From: Gammaproteobacteria bacterium
GTDB taxonomy: Bacteria; Pseudomonadota; Gammaproteobacteria; Porifericomitales; Porifericomitaceae
Reading direction: 5' to 3'
Assembly (NCBI GenBank): GCA_014238615.1
Contig: JABAAT010000038.1
Coordinates: 78,363-142,362, forward strand
DNA: 64,000 nt
Part shown: in pieces, positions 37,453 to 47,059 of the stretch
Layout: each line of letters opens with the position of its first letter
Position numbering within the stretch: the first letter of the stretch is position 1
The notes under the pieces: model-generated
What the model was told of the DNA's origin: nothing
What the model saw: the letters and a program-made list of their open reading frames with translations, nothing else
Database searches by the model: none
Program-made: the position numbers and the translations under genes

Positions 37453-38841
37453 ATGAGTGCTTCGAAACAAGCCGTTCCAATGCAATCCCCTCCACCCGAG
37501 ACAGAGCATCCGGAGCGCAACCGAAATGTGCTGGGGAAAAGCTTCATCTTCCCGCCCGAGGTCATCGACGACATCCATATCAAGTCTGAACTCGGGCGCT
37601 ACCGCATGCGGGGCTTCTCGATTTTCAAGCGCATCCCCTCCTGGGATGACCTGACCTTCATGCCCGGCACCCTGACGCGCTTCGTGATCGAGGGGTACCG
37701 GGAAAAATGCCTCACCGCCACCACCATCGGCCCCCGTGCCCGCCGCCCCATACAGCTGGACATCCCGGTTTACGTTACCGGCATGAGCTTCGGCGCGCTC
37801 AGCTACGAGGCGAAAGTCGCCCTGGCGCGCGGCGCCACCATGGCCGGCAGCGCCACCTGTTCCGGCGAGGGCGGCATGATTCCGGATGAGCGCCGCTATT
37901 CGGAGAAGTGGTTCTACCAATGCATTCAATCACGCTACGGCTTCAACCCGCAGCACCTGCTCCTGGCCGACGGAGTGGAGTTTTTTATTGGGCAGGGCTG
38001 CAAGGTCGGCCTGGGCGGCCATCTCATGGGACAGAAAGTCACCGACCAGGTCGCCGAAATGCGCTCCCTGCCGGCCGGCATCGACCAGCGGTCGCCGGCC
38101 CGCCATCCGGACTGGCTGGGGCCGGACGACCTGGCCCTGAAGATACAGGAAATCCGGGAGGCCACCAACTGGGAGATCCCGATCCAACTGAAGCTGGGCG
38201 CGGCGCGGGTGTATGACGATGTCCGCATGGCCATCAAGACCGATCCGGACAGCATCTACATTGACGGCATGGAAGGGGGCACCGGCGCCGGCCCCCACCT
38301 GGCCACCGAGGAAACCGGGGTGCCGGGCATCGCCGCCATTCGCCAGGCGCGCCGCGCCCTGGACGAACTAGGCAAATCCGGAGAGATCTCCCTGGTCTAT
38401 GCCGGAGGCATTCGCAACGGCGGCGATATCGCCAAGGCCTTGGCCCTGGGCGCGGATGCTATCGCCATCGGCCACTCAGTGCTCATGGCGCTGAACTGCA
38501 ACAAGGCGATCCCGGAAGCCGACTTCGAGAAAGAAATAGGAGTGCCGGCCGGCTCCTGCTACCACTGCCACACGGGCCGTTGCCCGGTGGGGATCACCAC
38601 CCAGGATCCCAAGCTGCGCGCACGCCTGAATCCGGACGAAGCGGCCGAGCGCGTTTACAACTTCCTGCACTGCCTGACGATTGAATGCCAGATGCTGGCC
38701 CGCGCCTGCGGCAAAACCAACATCCACTCCCTGGAACCGGAGGATCTGGCGGCTCTCACCATGGAGGCCTCGGCCATGGCCCAGGTACCCCTGGCCGGCA
38801 CCCAGTACACGGTCGGCCGGCCCGACCTGAAACGTTTCTGA
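37453..38841 (+). CDS. mgsC: Glutamate synthase FMN-binding domain protein, N-methylglutamate synthase subunit C-like
   Basis: GltB domain-2 signatures (YVTGMSFGALS, ...GEGGM..., ...IDGMEGGTGAGP..., CxxC...C FeS-cluster cysteines). Confidence 0.8.
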   Translation: MSASKQAVPMQSPPPETEHPERNRNVLGKSFIFPPEVIDDIHIKSELGRYRMRGFSIFKRIPSWDDLTFMPGTLTRFVIEGYREKCLTATTIGPRARRPIQLDIPVYVTGMSFGALSYEAKVALARGATMAGSATCSGEGGMIPDERRYSEKWFYQCIQSRYGFNPQHLLLADGVEFFIGQGCKVGLGGHLMGQKVTDQVAEMRSLPAGIDQRSPARHPDWLGPDDLALKIQEIREATNWEIPIQLKLGAARVYDDVRMAIKTDPDSIYIDGMEGGTGAGPHLATEETGVPGIAAIRQARRALDELGKSGEISLVYAGGIRNGGDIAKALALGADAIAIGHSVLMALNCNKAIPEADFEKEIGVPAGSCYHCHTGRCPVGITTQDPKLRARLNPDEAAERVYNFLHCLTIECQMLARACGKTNIHSLEPEDLAALTMEASAMAQVPLAGTQYTVGRPDLKRF

Positions 38842-38878
38842 CACACTCCATCCCCGCAATACCGGAGAGCATCCCGCC

Positions 38879-39277
38879 ATGACGAAAAACCACCCCGATC
38901 CGGACCGCTTCCTGAAGGACACGGACCTGGAAAAACAACGCGAGAAAATGATCGGCCAACACATTGGCTACCGTTATGACGTCAACATGATGCCGGACTA
39001 CCAGCGGCTGACCCCCTTCCTGCGCAAGTACATGGAAACGATGGGCTGGGAGGATCTAAATTGGCTGGAGGACGTGCACATGGGCTACGAGGAACAGCGC
39101 GCGGCCGTGTTTGACCGCAATATCAACGGCTGGGTCGGTGTGCCGGAGGACATGGGGCTTCCCAAAGATCAACAGGCTCGGGACATGCTCGCCCGCGAAT
39201 TACTCGTGAAATTCCAGATGTCGCGCAACCACCCGCTGGTTGACTTGCGCAAGGCTTACGGCAAGTTCCGCCGCTAA
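38879..39277 (+). CDS. Hypothetical conserved protein downstream of the mgsC-like gene
   Basis: 132-aa ORF with balanced composition (not Ala/Arg/Pro-inflated), 37 bp after the mgsC-like stop, followed by a GC-rich hairpin. Confidence 0.5.
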   Translation: MTKNHPDPDRFLKDTDLEKQREKMIGQHIGYRYDVNMMPDYQRLTPFLRKYMETMGWEDLNWLEDVHMGYEEQRAAVFDRNINGWVGVPEDMGLPKDQQARDMLARELLVKFQMSRNHPLVDLRKAYGKFRR

Positions 39278-39280
39278 GCT

Positions 39281-39312
39281 CTCCCCCGGGGGTCTCTCCC
39301 GGGGGAACGCCC
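39281..39312 (+). terminator. GC-rich palindromes (CCCCCGGGGG / CTCCCGGGGGAAC) after the gmaS-mgs-like operon
   Basis: taagctctcccccgggggtctctcccgggggaacgcc immediately after the last ORF. No clear U-tract, so weak. Confidence 0.3.
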
Positions 39313-39804
39313 TGTTCCCCGCACGCCGCCCACACTTTCTCCCCCCAGGCACGAACCCACTTCGGAATGGGTGAAAAAGCCCGCGCCGGCCCGATGCCGC
39401 CCCAGACGAGGCCCGTCTCACCGGCGTGGGCAGGGAATCAGCACCGTCGCCGGACCGCTACCCTTCGTGCATCAATCCCGAAGTCAGCCCCGAGGTCAGC
39501 CTGAGCCGGGTGCAACGCATCCGGGATCGCGCTTTTTCTCGCATTTCTACCCACTTAGTAATGCTTTCACGCCCCTGATTTATCTCATTTAGCCTATATT
39601 GCCTTTTCAAACAAAAGGGTGCTAGAATCCACGGCTTAGAGTACACGCTTTTAAGGGCCGTCCCTTTCAGGCTGTCCTTTTAAGGGTTGTGACAAGAACA
39701 AATTCGACTTCGCAACATTCCGCGGGCCTCACAACATCCTGCGATTGAGGCAGTCCGGCCTGCGCCGTTCTTCACCTAACGCCATCATACAAGGGAGAAC
39801 ACTC

Positions 39805-41208
39805 ATGAGCGACCAACTTACTTCACTGGTCACTATTTTTACCGAATTCTATTACTGGATCACCATCCCGCTGATGTTCCTCATCCACGTGGGGTTCTGC
39901 ATGTACGAGGTAGGCGCTTCGCGCTGGACCAATCACATGCATACCCTGATGAAGAACACCATGCTAATCCCCCTGGTGACCATCACCTTCTTCTTCTATG
40001 GCTGGTGGATCTACTTCGCCTTCCCGAAATTCCCATTCTTCGGCGACCTGGTGGCCTCACCCACCGCCGAGCCCTGGAGCCAGCTGATGGGTCCGCACCT
40101 GGGCGGCGTACCGGCTAACTCAGATTTTGAGGCGGGTGACACCATCCTGTGGTCACGCCTGAATGGAGTCTTCTGGGCGGCCTTCCTGCTCTTCTCCTGG
40201 ACCGCGGCCTCCATCGTCTCCGGCTCGGTGATCGAGCGCATCCGCCCTTCGGCCTTCTGGCTGGCCGCCATCCTGATCGGCTCCGTGGCCTGGGTCATTG
40301 ACGCCTCCTGGGGCTGGCATTACGACGGCTGGATGGTGGAAAAACTGGGCTACCATGATGCTTACGCATCCGGCGTTATCCACGCCATCGCCGGCGGCTT
40401 CGCTCTCGGCCTGCTGGTCGTGCTGGGGCCGCGCATCGGTAAGTTCCGCCCAGACGGCACCGCACGCAACATCCCACCCCAGAACCCCTGGCTGGTAACG
40501 CTCGGCCTGTTCATGATCTATGTCGGTTTCTGGGGCTTCTACGTGGCCTGTAACATCCCTATCATCGACATCGACCAGGCCGACGACCGGGTGTTCTTTT
40601 CCGCCACCAACATCTACCTGGGTCCCACGACCTTGTCCGCCATCACCGTCAACTTCCTGATGTCATTGTCCGGCGGACTGCTGGCGGGCTACATCGTCTC
40701 CCGAGGCGACGCCTTCTGGACCTACTCCTTGGGTCTGGCGGGTATCATCACCGCATCGGCGGGTAATGACATGTACCACCCCATACAGGCCATGCTGGTC
40801 GGTGCCGCCGGGGCGGTCGGCGCCTACTGGTTGCACTACTGGGTAGAGCGCACCTTCAAGATCGACGATGCCGTGGGGGCCGTGGCCGTGCATGGCTACG
40901 CTGGGTTCCTGGGGCTTGTCATCTCCGGCTTCCTGCTCTGGGGTTTCCCCACCTCGCCCATCCACGCTGAGTCCTTGATTACCCCCCATGGGCAGTTCCT
41001 TGGTGCCCTCGTCATGTTCGTAGTACTTGGGTTCATCCCCGCCTTCATCCTGGCCAAGATCCTGGATTTCTTCGGGTTGTTGCGGATCCCACGTAACGTT
41101 GAACTGGCTGGCCTGGACCTGAAAGTCATGCAGGAACGCGCCGAGGATGCGGAAGAGCTCAGGAAGGCCATCAAGGAAGAAGAAGCCGGGAGCGCAGGAT
41201 CGGCCTGA
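39805..41208 (+). CDS. amt: Ammonium/methylammonium transporter (Amt/MEP family)
   Basis: 11-12 TM protein with Amt signatures. Start MSDQLTSLV with RBS AAGGGAGA; ORF-track start 39745 is likely too early. Confidence 0.85.
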   Translation: MSDQLTSLVTIFTEFYYWITIPLMFLIHVGFCMYEVGASRWTNHMHTLMKNTMLIPLVTITFFFYGWWIYFAFPKFPFFGDLVASPTAEPWSQLMGPHLGGVPANSDFEAGDTILWSRLNGVFWAAFLLFSWTAASIVSGSVIERIRPSAFWLAAILIGSVAWVIDASWGWHYDGWMVEKLGYHDAYASGVIHAIAGGFALGLLVVLGPRIGKFRPDGTARNIPPQNPWLVTLGLFMIYVGFWGFYVACNIPIIDIDQADDRVFFSATNIYLGPTTLSAITVNFLMSLSGGLLAGYIVSRGDAFWTYSLGLAGIITASAGNDMYHPIQAMLVGAAGAVGAYWLHYWVERTFKIDDAVGAVAVHGYAGFLGLVISGFLLWGFPTSPIHAESLITPHGQFLGALVMFVVLGFIPAFILAKILDFFGLLRIPRNVELAGLDLKVMQERAEDAEELRKAIKEEEAGSAGSA

Positions 41209-41306
41209 ACGATGGACCAGCGCGTTTTATGAATGACTAATCTCACACGCCGCCGCCCGGTGCCCCCGGCCCGGGCGGCGGACAGTCACACGGGAGTATT
41301 CACCTC

Positions 41307-41543
41307 ATGGTACTTGAACTGATCAACAACAACGCCGGAATCGAAAACTGGGTCGGAGACATTTCCGAGATCGGCGCTATCTACCCCTTCGTAGGCTACG
41401 AAGGACTCATGGTATTGCTTGGCCTCATCTTCTGGATCGGATGGCACATCCTGCAAATAAAGGACGAAGCGCGTGAATGGCGGGAAACCATCGATGCCCA
41501 CGCTCACAAGCAGACTCCAAAGCCGGGCGACGATCAACTCTAA
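41307..41543 (+). CDS. Small membrane protein (one predicted TM helix) co-transcribed with amt
   Basis: 78 aa, hydrophobic core YPFVGYEGLMVLLGLIFWIGWHIL. Lies 98 bp after the amt stop on the same strand. Confidence 0.45.
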   Translation: MVLELINNNAGIENWVGDISEIGAIYPFVGYEGLMVLLGLIFWIGWHILQIKDEAREWRETIDAHAHKQTPKPGDDQL

Positions 41544-41844
41544 GGCTCTTCTTTCCCAGGCTCTTCTTTCCAGCTCCTCTTCCTCCTCCGGGGCTCCTCT
41601 CGGAGTCCCCTTGAAGAGGGCTTGAGAACTTGAGGGCGGGGGCCTGGGGGTGATCTCGATCGCGGCCGGTTCACTGGATACCGGCCTGTCGGCTGGATCA
41701 TCAAGAAAGACAACCGGTTCCCGGCAAGGCCATCATCCAACCATGCAACGCCCCTCCCCGGGAGAACTGCGGGAAAACGGTAAGCACGATAGGATGGGCG
41801 GGGCCCTTTTCAATTCACGGGGACGACATCCCACGGGAACGACA

Positions 41845-43116
41845 TTAACTCCCCGGAATACGACAGTAGCGTCCATCCAACTGCGCACACACGGCGCCGC
41901 GTAACTCCAGGGCGAACAACGAGGCTGAGAGAAATTCCGGGGAAAAGCCGCTGCGTTGCGCCAATTCGTCGGCATCGGCCGGATCCCAGCCCATCACATC
42001 CAGAAGACGCTGCTCCTCGGCGCTGAGCGGCTCTTCCGGCACCGCCCGCTCCCCCCTGGTTCGGGATGCGGGGGCGGCCTGGACGGACCCTTGGGAAGAT
42101 GCTTCCCAGTTCAGTTCGCGCAGGATGTCCACGGCATTCTCCACCAGGGCGGCACCCTGGCGCAGCAGGGCGTGGCAACCACGGGCCAATGGGTTGAAGA
42201 CAGACCCGGGGACTGCAAAGACGTCCTTGCCTTGCTCCAGGGCATGTCGGGCGGTGATCAAAGAGCCACTGCGCAGATCGGCCTCCACCACCAAGGTGGC
42301 GGCGCTCAGGGCGCTGATGACCCGGTTGCGTCTCGGGAAATGTTCCGGCAGCGGGGGAACATCGGGGGAATGCTCACTGAGAAGGACCCCGGCCTCCACG
42401 ACGCGCTGCGCCAGGCTGCGGTGTGCCCTGGGATAGATTTGACCCAGACCACTACCAAGGACAGCGATGGTATCCCCCCCGGCGCGCAGGGCGCCTTCGT
42501 GTGAGGCACCGTCAATGCCACGCGCCAGGCCGCTGGTCACTATCACCCCGGCATCAGCCAGGTCGCCCGCAATGCGCTCGGCAATGCGACGCCCCTGGAC
42601 ACTGGGCGCGCGACTGCCCACCATGGCCACCTGGCGGCATGTGAGCAGACCTGGATCACCCTGACCGAACAAGAAAGGCACCGGTGGACAAGCCCGTCGC
42701 AGTCCCTCCGGGAATCCCTGGTCCGAGGTGTGGAGCAGGAATCCATCCCGCTCCCGAAGCCAACCCAACTCCCGATCGGCGCGCTCCCAGTCCGGGCGGC
42801 GCAACGCGGCAAGGCTTTCAGCCGGCAGGCGAAAACGGCGGGCCGCATCGACCGCCCGATTCAAGACCTTCTCGGGAGCACCGAAGGCGGAAAGCAAGCG
42901 CAGGTACATGGCGGGACCCACACCGGGCGCGTAGGAAAGCACCAGCCAACACCGCAGGGCACTCCATTCCCGGGAAGTCAGCGATAAAGGTGGGGCGACA
43001 CCCCCCCTCGGAGCAAAACCAGGCTGCACGGGGAGCCCGCCTGAAGAGGGAGATGAGGAAGAAGATGAAGAAGAAAGCGTCTCCTCCCTGGATTTAGCTG
43101 CTTCCATCCGGGCCAC
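41845..43116 (-). CDS. dprA: DNA-processing protein DprA (Smf)
   Basis: Rossmann-like DprA core (VAMVGSRAPSVQGRRIAERIA...VTSGLARGIDGASHEGAL...AVLGSGL..). Ser-rich low-complexity N-terminus, so the true start may be internal. Confidence 0.8.
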   Translation of the reverse strand: MARMEAAKSREETLSSSSSSSSPSSGGLPVQPGFAPRGGVAPPLSLTSREWSALRCWLVLSYAPGVGPAMYLRLLSAFGAPEKVLNRAVDAARRFRLPAESLAALRRPDWERADRELGWLRERDGFLLHTSDQGFPEGLRRACPPVPFLFGQGDPGLLTCRQVAMVGSRAPSVQGRRIAERIAGDLADAGVIVTSGLARGIDGASHEGALRAGGDTIAVLGSGLGQIYPRAHRSLAQRVVEAGVLLSEHSPDVPPLPEHFPRRNRVISALSAATLVVEADLRSGSLITARHALEQGKDVFAVPGSVFNPLARGCHALLRQGAALVENAVDILRELNWEASSQGSVQAAPASRTRGERAVPEEPLSAEEQRLLDVMGWDPADADELAQRSGFSPEFLSASLFALELRGAVCAQLDGRYCRIPGS

Positions 43117-43207
43117 CTCCTTGTGGCGGGCAATCGACTCCCCCCGGGGGACGGGGGGATTGAGGGAACCTGGGCCTGCGAGCCGCGCTCAGTGCGCCGC
43201 GTTCAGA

Positions 43208-44491
43208 TTAGCGCGGATTGCCGACCTTGTCGTAAAGCACGGGAGGATAATCCATCTCCACGATCAACGCGTAGCTGAGGTTCGGGTAACTCCGAAAAAC
43301 CATGGCCTTACCGATATATCCCGACGGCAATTGCACCTCCACCCTCGGCGGCACACCGGCTTCCAGGAAACGACCCAACCTGGTGTCGTCAAACCTTTGC
43401 TTAAGGCGCCTGGCGTCATTCGCAACCTGACTCACCAGGTTGGTTGCCGGGGAATTCTCCTCACCCTCAAAGTACAAGGGCTGCTTGCGGCGCTCCTCCG
43501 CCTTCCGCTCCGCCTCAATGGGATCATTCACCTGGCCCCCGAAAGCCTGGTAGATGGAGACCACCGAACCCGGATCCACCCCGGCCTCCCTGCCCACATC
43601 CAGCACCACCACGTGGAACTGGCCGATATTCCGCACACCGCCGACGACATCCACGATATAGCCGTCAATGTCCCGTTCCGGGGCATGCGGCACGAAACCC
43701 ATGAGTTGTTCGCCTTCGCTATAACCGTAACCAGTCACCCGGAGTCGGTCTCCCAGTTGCATTTCCCGCGTCGAATGAATGATCACGGCCACGGTCGGAT
43801 CGCCGCGCTTCAGTATCTCCAACGTGCCGACCAGGTCCGCCCGATAGCCCAGCACCTCGCCCTGCTCCCCCTTACGCGCCGGCGCGTGGCGTATCTCATG
43901 GCTCTCCCGGTAAACCACGAAGCGACGCTGCCCCTCGGGCACATCACCACGCAGGTACACCTTATCACTCTCAATGCCAAGCCTGCGTTCACCTCTTTCC
44001 CCCATGGCAACCACGTAAGGCCAGGATTCCATCTCATCCTTTTCCACGATCAGCAGTTCCTTCAGGAAAGGACGCAGCACCTTGAGCGGCAGGGTCTCAA
44101 TCGCACCGGCGTTGGAAGAAATACGGATGCGCGGTGAAAGCTTTACATCACGATCCGCAGGACTCCCGCGCGGCGTCGCGGCAACCTCGCCCGCCCCGGC
44201 ACCCCCCCGCTCCAGCTCCAGGCGGGGGGCACCATCCTCGTCATAGACAAGCCGCACCGTGTCGCCCGGGAAGATGAGATGCGGATTCTCAATCTGGGGG
44301 TTGATATTCCAGACTTCCGGCCAGCGCCACGGCTTCTCCAGAAACCGCCCGGAGATATCCCACAAGGTGTCCCCTTTCCTCACGATGTACTCATCGGGAT
44401 GCCCGGGAGCCAGCCTGATGACATCAGCCGACACAACCATGGCCGGGAACGCCAGCAAAAGAGCCAGGAAAACTTGGAATTTCAGATTCAT
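43208..44491 (-). CDS. LysM domain-containing protein, TsaP-like (conserved between dprA and def)
   Basis: Signal peptide, then LysM (YIVRKGDTLWDISGRF). Position between dprA and def matches PA0020/TsaP synteny. Confidence 0.7.
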   Translation of the reverse strand: MNLKFQVFLALLLAFPAMVVSADVIRLAPGHPDEYIVRKGDTLWDISGRFLEKPWRWPEVWNINPQIENPHLIFPGDTVRLVYDEDGAPRLELERGGAGAGEVAATPRGSPADRDVKLSPRIRISSNAGAIETLPLKVLRPFLKELLIVEKDEMESWPYVVAMGERGERRLGIESDKVYLRGDVPEGQRRFVVYRESHEIRHAPARKGEQGEVLGYRADLVGTLEILKRGDPTVAVIIHSTREMQLGDRLRVTGYGYSEGEQLMGFVPHAPERDIDGYIVDVVGGVRNIGQFHVVVLDVGREAGVDPGSVVSIYQAFGGQVNDPIEAERKAEERRKQPLYFEGEENSPATNLVSQVANDARRLKQRFDDTRLGRFLEAGVPPRVEVQLPSGYIGKAMVFRSYPNLSYALIVEMDYPPVLYDKVGNPR

Positions 44492-44910
44492 TGATGAATA
44501 CTCCTCACGCGTTTCCGCACAAACATTCCCAAAGCGCTTAAACTAGGCTGATCCGCCTCTATCACTTGGTCGCCCGGCCCTCTATCACCGGCAATCCGCC
44601 CGACCGACCCCCGCCCAATCAATCCCGCGTGGGCCGATTTCGCCTGGATACAAGCAGTACCGTGTCCGAACTTCCACCATTTTATTCCACTTCGCGCCCA
44701 TTGCCGGACCCCTGCCATGGCCCGTAGTATAACAAAAAGGCCGGCGGGACGGAAGGGCGCCGGGCGCTCCGGCGCTCCGTTTACCCCGGCCGAGTGATTT
44801 GCTATGGTAGAGCATACCAGCGTACCCCGCGCGAAGCGGCGCACGGGTGTGGGGTGGGTCCGGTCCCAGCCCCCTCCACGCCGCCCCAAGGCTTGAGAAC
44901 GCGCTACCCA

Positions 44911-45426
44911 ATGGCCGAATTGACCGTTCTGCGTACACCAGACCCGCGCTTGCGGCGCAAAGCCGCGCCCGTTCGGGATTTCAACGGGACCTTAAAGAAA
45001 CTGGCTGAAAACATGCTGGAGACCATGTATGCGGAAGACGGCATCGGACTGGCCGCGATACAGGTGGGAGTGACCAGCCGCCTGGTCACCATGGACCTTA
45101 GTTCGGCTCGAAACCACCCGCGCGTGCTGGTGAATCCCGAAATTCTGAGCCGGGAAGGCCGCGTCTCCCACCGTGAAGGCTGCCTGTCAGTGCCCGACTA
45201 CTACGATTACGTGGAGCGCGCCGCGCGCATTCGCTTGCGGGTAATGGATCTAGACGGCCAGGCGCGGGAGGAAGACTGTGAAGGACTGGAGGCGATCTGC
45301 ATCCAGCACGAAATCGACCACCTGAACGGCAAGCTTTTCATTGACTACCTGTCGCCGATGAAACGGCGCCGCCTGCTCAAAAAGCTGGGAAAACTAAAGC
45401 GCCGGGAAACAGCTCCCGTGCTGTGA
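44911..45426 (+). CDS. def: Peptide deformylase
   Basis: MAELTVLRTPDPRLRRKAAPV...GIGLAAIQVG...EGCLS...HEIDHLNG (the three PDF motifs). Start set from the ORF-track frame; the printed text is one base off here. Confidence 0.85.
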   Translation: MAELTVLRTPDPRLRRKAAPVRDFNGTLKKLAENMLETMYAEDGIGLAAIQVGVTSRLVTMDLSSARNHPRVLVNPEILSREGRVSHREGCLSVPDYYDYVERAARIRLRVMDLDGQAREEDCEGLEAICIQHEIDHLNGKLFIDYLSPMKRRRLLKKLGKLKRRETAPVL

Positions 45427-46376
45427 ACAAACGGCGCCTGCGCCTTGGCTTCGCGGGTACTCCAAAGCTCGCCGCCTGTTTCCTGCACGATCTGCTGGGC
45501 TGGGAGGCGGTGCAGGTCCTCTTGGTCTGCACCCGCCCGGATCGTTACCAGGGACGCAAGGCACGCGGTAAAAGCTTTGGTCCCGTGAAGGAATTGGCCG
45601 TCAGCCATGGCCTGCCCGTACTGCAACCGGAATGTGCGGCGCATTTGGCCCCCGAAGCGTTGCGGGACCTGGACGTGCTGCTGGTGGTGGCCTACGGTCT
45701 GCTGCTGCCGGCGGCCGTGTTGCGGGCGCCGCACCTGGCTTGCGTCAACGTGCATTTTTCCCTGCTGCCGCGCTGGCGCGGCGCGGCGCCCGTTGCGCAC
45801 GCGCTCCTGGCCGGGGACGAAGAGACCGGCATCAGCCTGTTCCAAATGACGGAACGCCTGGACGCTGGCCCCTTGCTACACCAGGAAAGCTGTCGCGTCA
45901 GCGCCCGGGACACCACGGGCAGCCTGGAGCAACGCTTGGTGGCGCTCGGTCTGCCCTGTGTGCGGGAAAGCCTGCTCACGCTGCGGGACGGCAACGCGCG
46001 GCCCCGCCCCCAGGAGCAGGGGCACGCCTCGTACGCCCCCCGGCTGGACAAAAAGCAGTTCCGGCTTGACTGGAAGCAACCAGCGGCGCTGCTGGAACGA
46101 CAGGTGCGCGCCTGCCATCCCCGTCCCGGCGCTTACCTGGATCTGGAGTGCGGGCGACTCAAGGTGCATCGCGCCGTGGTGCGCGCCGGCGCGGCGCGCG
46201 GCACACCAGGCCAGGTGTTGTACTCCGGGAACGACGGCGTTGACATCGTCGCCGGGGACGGAGCGATCCTGAGACTGCTGGAAGTGCAGCCGGCCGGGCG
46301 CCGCGTCATGTCGGCCGCAGCTTTCCGGCATGGCTGGGGCAGATGCCTGGAACGCTCCAGGACGCTGCCCGGCTGA
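45423..46376 (+). CDS. fmt: Methionyl-tRNA formyltransferase
   Basis: LRLGFAGTPKLAA... formyl-transferase N-domain and C-terminal domain. ATGA-type overlap with def. Confidence 0.85.
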   Translation: MNKRRLRLGFAGTPKLAACFLHDLLGWEAVQVLLVCTRPDRYQGRKARGKSFGPVKELAVSHGLPVLQPECAAHLAPEALRDLDVLLVVAYGLLLPAAVLRAPHLACVNVHFSLLPRWRGAAPVAHALLAGDEETGISLFQMTERLDAGPLLHQESCRVSARDTTGSLEQRLVALGLPCVRESLLTLRDGNARPRPQEQGHASYAPRLDKKQFRLDWKQPAALLERQVRACHPRPGAYLDLECGRLKVHRAVVRAGAARGTPGQVLYSGNDGVDIVAGDGAILRLLEVQPAGRRVMSAAAFRHGWGRCLERSRTLPG

Positions 46377-46393
46377 AGGCTCCGGAGTAGCGC

Positions 46394-47059
46394 ATGCGGA
46401 CCGCCACCCTACGCTTGTCGCGTCGCTTTCCGGAAAAGCGTGCGGCTCCTCCCCAGGCAACCATGGAGCGGGCGGAACCGGATACCCCGGCCCCCACGGG
46501 AACCGGCCGACGCGTGCTGTTCGCGAGTTTGCTGCTGGCTGTGCTGGGCGGCTTTCCCATGCCCGGTGCCCAGGCCGCCGGGGGGTTTCGCCTGAAGCAG
46601 GCCGAGGTCCTGCGTGAACCACGGCACTTCCTGGTGAACCTGCGCATCGATTACCATCTGTCCCCGGAGATGCTGGATACCCTGCTGCACGGAATCCCCC
46701 TGCAACTGCGCGTTGAAGTGGAATTGCGCCGCCTGGGATGGCTTTACGATCCGCTGGTGCGACGCCTAAACCATCAGCGGCGCCTGGAATACCACGTATT
46801 GCGCGGTCTCTACCAGGTCACCGACTTGCAGGACGACACCCGGCGCTACTTCGCCCAGTTGCGTGAAGCCTTGCGGTCGCTCGGCAACCTGCGACGGTTG
46901 CACCTGGCGCTGCGAACGCCTTCAGCAAGCTCCAACTACCGGATGCGCGCCCGGGCCGGCCTGGTCATAGACGCCCTGCCCGCACCGCTACAGCCGCGCG
47001 CCTACCTGCATCCTTCCTGGCGGACGGCCCTGTCCTGGCGGGAGTTGCCGCTGCCATGA
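46394..47059 (+). CDS. DUF4390-family periplasmic protein (commonly precedes ntrY)
   Basis: Signal peptide followed by ...LNLRIDYHLSPEMLDTLLHGIPLQLRVEVELRR.... Overlaps the ntrY-like start. Confidence 0.55.
   Translation: MRTATLRLSRRFPEKRAAPPQATMERAEPDTPAPTGTGRRVLFASLLLAVLGGFPMPGAQAAGGFRLKQAEVLREPRHFLVNLRIDYHLSPEMLDTLLHGIPLQLRVEVELRRLGWLYDPLVRRLNHQRRLEYHVLRGLYQVTDLQDDTRRYFAQLREALRSLGNLRRLHLALRTPSASSNYRMRARAGLVIDALPAPLQPRAYLHPSWRTALSWRELPLP

Noticed and set aside
36540-37583. 347-aa minus-strand ORF opposite the mgsB-like gene
   Set aside because: Antisense to the GXGXG-domain gene, whose motifs are unambiguous. Typical high-GC antisense artefact.
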